From: Candidatus Eiseniibacteriota bacterium
GTDB taxonomy: Bacteria; Arandabacterota; Arandabacteria; Arandabacterales; Arandabacteraceae
Assembly (NCBI GenBank): GCA_043810925.1
Contig: JBDRNT010000184.1
Coordinates: 1 to 11,358 of the forward strand
DNA length: 11,358 nucleotides
Reading direction: 5' to 3'
Shown here in pieces: positions 7,461 through 11,358 of the stretch. The notes below the pieces were generated by a model that saw only the letters and a list, made by a program, of their open reading frames with translations, did not search any database and was not told where the DNA came from. The position numbers and the translations under genes are program-made. The stretch's first letter is position 1; every line of letters starts with the position of its first letter.

Positions 7461-8873
7461 CTATTCCCTCCGGCCTTTGGTGTCCGCCGGGGTTTCGCCC
7501 TTCTCCTCGGAAAGGCGTCTCTTTGCGAAATTGGTGAGCAGGTTCTTAAGCTCGGTACCTCCCAGGGCCTCGACGACCGCGGGAAGCTGCGCCATCACAT
7601 TGATTACCTCGCCGGTTATTTTCGAAGCTCCGAGCTGGCCGTCACCCGCGCCGCCGAGGATGACTATCTTCTCGACCTTTGAAAGCGGTTCGGAGACCGC
7701 CCTGGCCAGTTCCGGCAGGATATCTATGAACATCTGGTACACGGCGGCCTGGTTGTATTCTCCCCACGACTCGGCCTTCTTCTTCATCGCTTCGGCTTCT
7801 GCTATGCCCCGGGCCCTAAGGACATCCACCTCGGCGCTGCCCTCGAGTTTTTTCGCCACCGCCCTGCCCTTGGCTTCCATTTCGTGTCTGTAGCTCTCAG
7901 CCTCGGCCGGCTTCTTTACGGTCGCTTCAAGCTCCCTCTCCTTACGCTTTATCTCTGTCTCCTCGATCTCGACGGCCTTTCGTTTTGCGATGAGGATCCC
8001 CTCAGCCTCTTCCTTCTTGACAAGCTGGCTCATCTTCTGGCGCTCGAGCTCATAGGACGCGTCCGCAGTGGCGCGCTTCTGGTTGACAACAGACTGGTAC
8101 TCGGCTCGCTTGGCCTCATAATCCCTGGTGGCCTCCGCCACTTCGGTATCGGCCTTGAGTTTTGCGATGTCCCCTTCTTTTCTGGCGATCGCGGCTTTTA
8201 TCGTCGCGTCCTTATCGGTTTCGGCTTCCGCCACCATAGCATCATGCTTGACGCGCGCGATCTCCGGTCTTCCGAGCGCTTCGAGGTAACCCTGGCTGTC
8301 GGTAATATCGGTCAGCGAGAACGAGACTATCGAAAGACCGAGCCGGTCGAAGTCGTTCTGGGCAGCCTGCTCCACCTTGTCCCCGAACTCCGTACGGTTC
8401 CGGTAGATCTCCTCGACCGACATCTTGCCGATCGTGGAGCGCGTGTGGCCCTCGATTATCTGCTCGGCGATCTCACGCATACCATCTATGCCCCTGCCGA
8501 GGAACTGCTCCGCCGCAAGCCTGATCGAGTGATCGTCGGTCTTGACCCTCACCTGGGAGACTCCCCTTGCTGTGATGGGTATGCCCTGAGTGGTTAGAAC
8601 TTCCGGGGTCTTCACCTCGACCGCGAAAACGTCGAGCGGCAACACTTCTGCTCGTTCGATCAGAGGAAAGACGAAGGTACCACCACCGATGTGGGCCCTG
8701 TAGCCTATTTTCTTCTCTGTTCCATCCGGCTCCACTACTGTTCGCTTTCTGCCGCCGGAGACTATGAGAACCTCATTCGGACTGACTTTCCTGTATTGCT
8801 TCGAGAGTGCGATTATAAGTATCGCAACCGCCGCCGCAACGACGCCGATAGTGATGATGAGATCTGCCTGCAT
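7461..8873 (-). CDS. Flotillin / SPFH (band 7) family membrane protein, ~470 aa
   Basis: Likely start MQADLII at 8873, with SD AAAGGGGGA 7 nt upstream. N-terminal TM helix, YRKVSPNEVLIVSG, GGGTFVFP, AAEQFLG, EG..RS.IG.M.VEEIY..R..F, GYLEALG, AEA-rich coiled coil and C-terminal LPELARAVSEPLSKVEKIV. The stop lies 3 nt before the aspC ATG. Confidence 0.93.
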   Translation of the reverse strand: MQADLIITIGVVAAAVAILIIALSKQYRKVSPNEVLIVSGGRKRTVVEPDGTEKKIGYRAHIGGGTFVFPLIERAEVLPLDVFAVEVKTPEVLTTQGIPITARGVSQVRVKTDDHSIRLAAEQFLGRGIDGMREIAEQIIEGHTRSTIGKMSVEEIYRNRTEFGDKVEQAAQNDFDRLGLSIVSFSLTDITDSQGYLEALGRPEIARVKHDAMVAEAETDKDATIKAAIARKEGDIAKLKADTEVAEATRDYEAKRAEYQSVVNQKRATADASYELERQKMSQLVKKEEAEGILIAKRKAVEIEETEIKRKERELEATVKKPAEAESYRHEMEAKGRAVAKKLEGSAEVDVLRARGIAEAEAMKKKAESWGEYNQAAVYQMFIDILPELARAVSEPLSKVEKIVILGGAGDGQLGASKITGEVINVMAQLPAVVEALGGTELKNLLTNFAKRRLSEEKGETPADTKGRRE

Positions 8874-8925
8874 AGGATTATCCCCCTTTAGAACTTCACC
8901 TGCCGACTGTCTTTCACGGATAGGG

Positions 8926-8954
8926 ATTATATTGACAATTTCCCAGTGATGCAA
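8926..8954 (-). promoter_or_regulatory. Sigma70-type promoter of the flotillin-aspC operon
   Basis: Minus strand TTGCAT (8954-8949)-17 nt-TATAAT (8931-8926), ~52 nt upstream of the ATG at 8873. Confidence 0.75.
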
Positions 8955-8974
8955 CCCAAATAGACAGGAATTCT

Positions 8975-9060
8975 CACCCCGCTCACCCTCGGCACCCATG
9001 GGGCGGCCCAGTACATTCCCGGCGGCTTACCGCGTGAGGGCCCACCCACGGCACCCACGG
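8975..9060. repeat. Short 9-bp CACCCNYGG-type tandem repeats between the divergent promoters
   Basis: CACCCCGCT/CACCCTCGG/CACCCATGG at 8975-9001 and CACCCACGG/CACCCACGG at 9043-9060. Confidence 0.5.
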
Positions 9061-9147
9061 GTCAGGTCTTGAGATCAAGCATTGTGTCTCCGCGCCCGAG
9101 GCCTTCTCCCCCCGGTGCCGGAGCCGGGAGATTGCAGCCCTACGGTG

Positions 9148-9176
9148 TTGCATTTTCCCGGGGCACCGCGTATAAT
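9148..9176 (+). promoter_or_regulatory. Sigma70-type promoter of pckA
   Basis: TTGCAT (9148-9153)-17 nt-TATAAT (9171-9176); SD GGGAGGT at 9219-9225. Confidence 0.8.
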
Positions 9177-9230
9177 GCCATACAATGCCATACGATGCAC
9201 ATGTCTCAAACCGTATCGGGGAGGTAGCAT

Positions 9231-11096
9231 TTGGCCGACATCTATGATGTTAACGCTTACGGACGGTTCGTTGACAATCTGCTGCCGATTCTGAAGGGCA
9301 AGAACATCCGGCATGTGAGCCTGGATGACCTGCGTGAGCCGGCCATCAAGTCGGCATCGAGGACGAAGTTCGGATCCTATGGCTGGCGGTCCGCGGTCTC
9401 AAGCAGGATAGCCCCCCGAACCGTCTATCTCGGAAGCCCCGGTGTGCGTCTGGCAAAACCTACCGATCTGCAGAAGACCCTGATAGCCAACGCGCCGAAG
9501 GAGCTTCATAACGTCCTTCACTTCATGAGGACCATGCCGTTTGTTCGATTGAAAAGGCAGATGTGCAACAACCGTGAATACAATCCGATGTGCAAACTCT
9601 ATGCGTCGGTTGCCGACGCGAAGAACTACAGGATCCCCTATATGTGGGGCCATACCCTGAGGGAGCCGAGCAAGGACCCGGGACCTGAGTTCATAATGCT
9701 TCACGTTCCGGAAGAGCACAACTTGAGACAACAGGTTCTTGTGCTACCTGAATACAACCTGAACATTGCACTCGGCACCGACTACATGGGTGAGGACAAG
9801 AAGGGTTTCCTCAGGCAGGCGATGTGGAGTGCCGACGAGCGAGGCATGCTGGGGCTTCATGCCGGGACGAAGATCGTGACGGTGAGAGACCCCGGCGGAG
9901 AGCTCAAGCGGTACGGTGTTTTTCTCTTCGGACTTACGGCTACGGGCAAGTCCACCTGGTCCTGCCATCCACTCGGTCTCGACCACAAGGCCGGAGAGGG
10001 GACGGAGGTCAGCCAGGATGACATAGTCTTTCTCAAGGACGATGGCTCCGCACTGGGCAGTGAGGATATGGGGTTCTTCGTCAAGACCGATGTCGATGCG
10101 AGTCTTCAGGAAGCGATGTACAATGCGCTTACCGACAAGTCGGCCCTCATGGAAAACGTGATGATTGATGCTGAGGGAAACGCCGACTTCCTCGATGAGG
10201 CCCTTTGCGCAAACGGTCGGGCCGTGATGCAGAGGGACAAGCTGACGATCAATGTCGGCCGAAAGCGTGTGAGGATCAGTGGCAAGAGCATCGACCTGCC
10301 GTCACTTGACGAACTTGATGGCGTGATTTTCGCATTCATCACGCGAAGAAACACGATCATGTCCTTTGCCCAGGAGCTTACGCCTGAACAGGGTGTGCTT
10401 GCTTACTTGTGGGGCGAGTCAACCCACAGCGCGGCCTCGCAACCGCACCGCGCGGGGGAGTCGGTGAGAATCGTGGGGACCGACCCGTTCATCATCGGCT
10501 CGCGGGGCAGGAAGGTAAACAGGTTCCACCGGATAGTGATGGAGCTCGTGGAGAAGTATCCCGGCAAGGTCAGGTTCTTCCAGTACAACACGGGTGGAAT
10601 CGGTGAGGTCATACGTGAATACGAGGAAGATGGTATCAAGAAGAAGAAGGTTGTGAGGAAGGTCCAGCGAGTCCCTATCTCCCTCATGGCCTCGATTCAA
10701 AGAGGGGACCTGAAGGGTCTCAACACCTATGAACCCGGGATATTCGGAGTGGCCAGGATCGCGAAGATTGACGGCAAACCTCTGAACGATGAATTCGATC
10801 CGGGCGGGTTCTACTCCCGGGATGAGATGGACGGCTACCTTGCGGATATCGTTCAGGGCAGGATAGACTTCACCGATGAGATCGCAGATGAAGGTCTCGA
10901 CCCGGAGATAGTAAGAGCTGCTGAGAAGTCATTCGAGATCATGCCTGCAAGCAAGGGCAGAGCCTTCGTGTCTTCCCCGGAAAAAGAGCCGGCTCCTCGC
11001 AAGGAGGAAGAAGAAGCCGACGAGACCACTCCACTTGAGCGTTTCTGGCAGCCCGGCGGCCGCATGCCGGCGCCCCCGCGATGGCGCAACCGGTAG
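9231..11096 (+). CDS. pckA: Phosphoenolpyruvate carboxykinase (ATP), divergent type, with a charged C-terminal tail
   Basis: TTG start behind a GGAGG SD. PEPCK motifs: GTDYMGEDKKG (Y..E.KK), LHAG (metal His), kinase-1a FGLTATGKST (9930-9956), kinase-2 QDD, GSE..GFFVKT, MENV, NGRA, GES and PF. Confidence 0.85.
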   Translation: MADIYDVNAYGRFVDNLLPILKGKNIRHVSLDDLREPAIKSASRTKFGSYGWRSAVSSRIAPRTVYLGSPGVRLAKPTDLQKTLIANAPKELHNVLHFMRTMPFVRLKRQMCNNREYNPMCKLYASVADAKNYRIPYMWGHTLREPSKDPGPEFIMLHVPEEHNLRQQVLVLPEYNLNIALGTDYMGEDKKGFLRQAMWSADERGMLGLHAGTKIVTVRDPGGELKRYGVFLFGLTATGKSTWSCHPLGLDHKAGEGTEVSQDDIVFLKDDGSALGSEDMGFFVKTDVDASLQEAMYNALTDKSALMENVMIDAEGNADFLDEALCANGRAVMQRDKLTINVGRKRVRISGKSIDLPSLDELDGVIFAFITRRNTIMSFAQELTPEQGVLAYLWGESTHSAASQPHRAGESVRIVGTDPFIIGSRGRKVNRFHRIVMELVEKYPGKVRFFQYNTGGIGEVIREYEEDGIKKKKVVRKVQRVPISLMASIQRGDLKGLNTYEPGIFGVARIAKIDGKPLNDEFDPGGFYSRDEMDGYLADIVQGRIDFTDEIADEGLDPEIVRAAEKSFEIMPASKGRAFVSSPEKEPAPRKEEEEADETTPLERFWQPGGRMPAPPRWRNR

Positions 11097-11110
11097 ACAT
11101 CTAGCCAGGA

Positions 11111-11173
11111 TGGTGCGCCTTTTGGGCCGCAAGCGAATGCCTTTTCTGAGCAGGCGGACCGAAAGGCGCACCA
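11111..11173. terminator. 20-bp imperfect inverted repeat just downstream of pckA (terminator, RNA-stability hairpin or small repeat element)
   Basis: TGGTGCGCCTTTTGGGCCGC (11111-11130) pairs with GCGGACCGAAAGGCGCACCA (11154-11173): 18/20 Watson-Crick plus one G.U, 23-nt loop, no U-tract. Confidence 0.5.
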
Positions 11174-11229
11174 GCGTTCGGCCGCCCGATACGATCAGCC
11201 TGACCCCACTTGAGTGACCTGTTGCGTCA

Positions 11230-11321
11230 AAATAAAAAGTATCTGAAATGGCATTCGTTGCCTCAGAAATAAATGTATCTGAAACGGGTGGTGGGGATTT
11301 GGGGTTGTCAGGAGTATCTGA
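11230..11321. repeat. Direct repeats AAATAAA(AA/T)GTATCTGAAA x2 plus a third GTATCTGA core
   Basis: 11230-11248, 11267-11284 and a core at 11314-11321 (core spacing 36 and 39 nt). Confidence 0.5.
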
Positions 11322-11358
11322 CGAGTGTGGAGACTTCTTTTAGAAGGTAGCGGCATAG

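Noticed and set aside
7162-8597. 243-aa, 156-aa and 237-aa plus-strand ORFs
   Set aside because: Antisense shadows of aspC and flotillin with no independent signals.
8874-8999. N-terminal extension of flotillin from the ATG at 8999
   Set aside because: It spans the predicted promoter. The SD and TM helix fit the ATG at 8873.
9075-9314. Small ORFs (79 aa minus, 70 aa plus) as NfeD or a leader peptide
   Set aside because: No TM or OB-fold character and no SD; they overlap the pckA promoter and start.
11035-11217. 60-aa and 80-aa ORFs around the pckA end
   Set aside because: They overlap pckA and the inverted repeat, with no SD or recognisable protein features.

Overview
GC-rich bacterial chromosomal window. 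The FlgD-Ig/T9SS-type C-terminal domain and the lipoprotein style suggest an FCB-related lineage such as Eisenbacteria, Krumholzibacteria or Latescibacteria (inference). Left to right it holds: the first codons of a divergent gene; a secreted subtilisin-family (S8) protease split by a 1-nt frameshift in a T4 run; a convergent 732-aa uncharacterised lipoprotein; a minus-strand operon of a flotillin and an aspartate-aminotransferase-like enzyme fused to a ~385-aa PEPCK/HPr-kinase-like P-loop domain with degenerate catalytic motifs and a 4-Cys cluster; and a divergent, catalytically intact ATP-dependent PEP carboxykinase. Two things stand out. (1) The aminotransferase/pseudo-kinase fusion sits head-to-head with pckA under mirror-image TTGCAT-N17-TATAAT promoters, suggesting an Asp->OAA->PEP module. 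(2) Nine copies of a ~27-bp repeat (RTRATTCGGTGACAGT...AATTAY) lie in three intergenic clusters and bracket the protease and lipoprotein genes in inverted orientation. No rRNA, tRNA, CRISPR array or transposase gene is evident.
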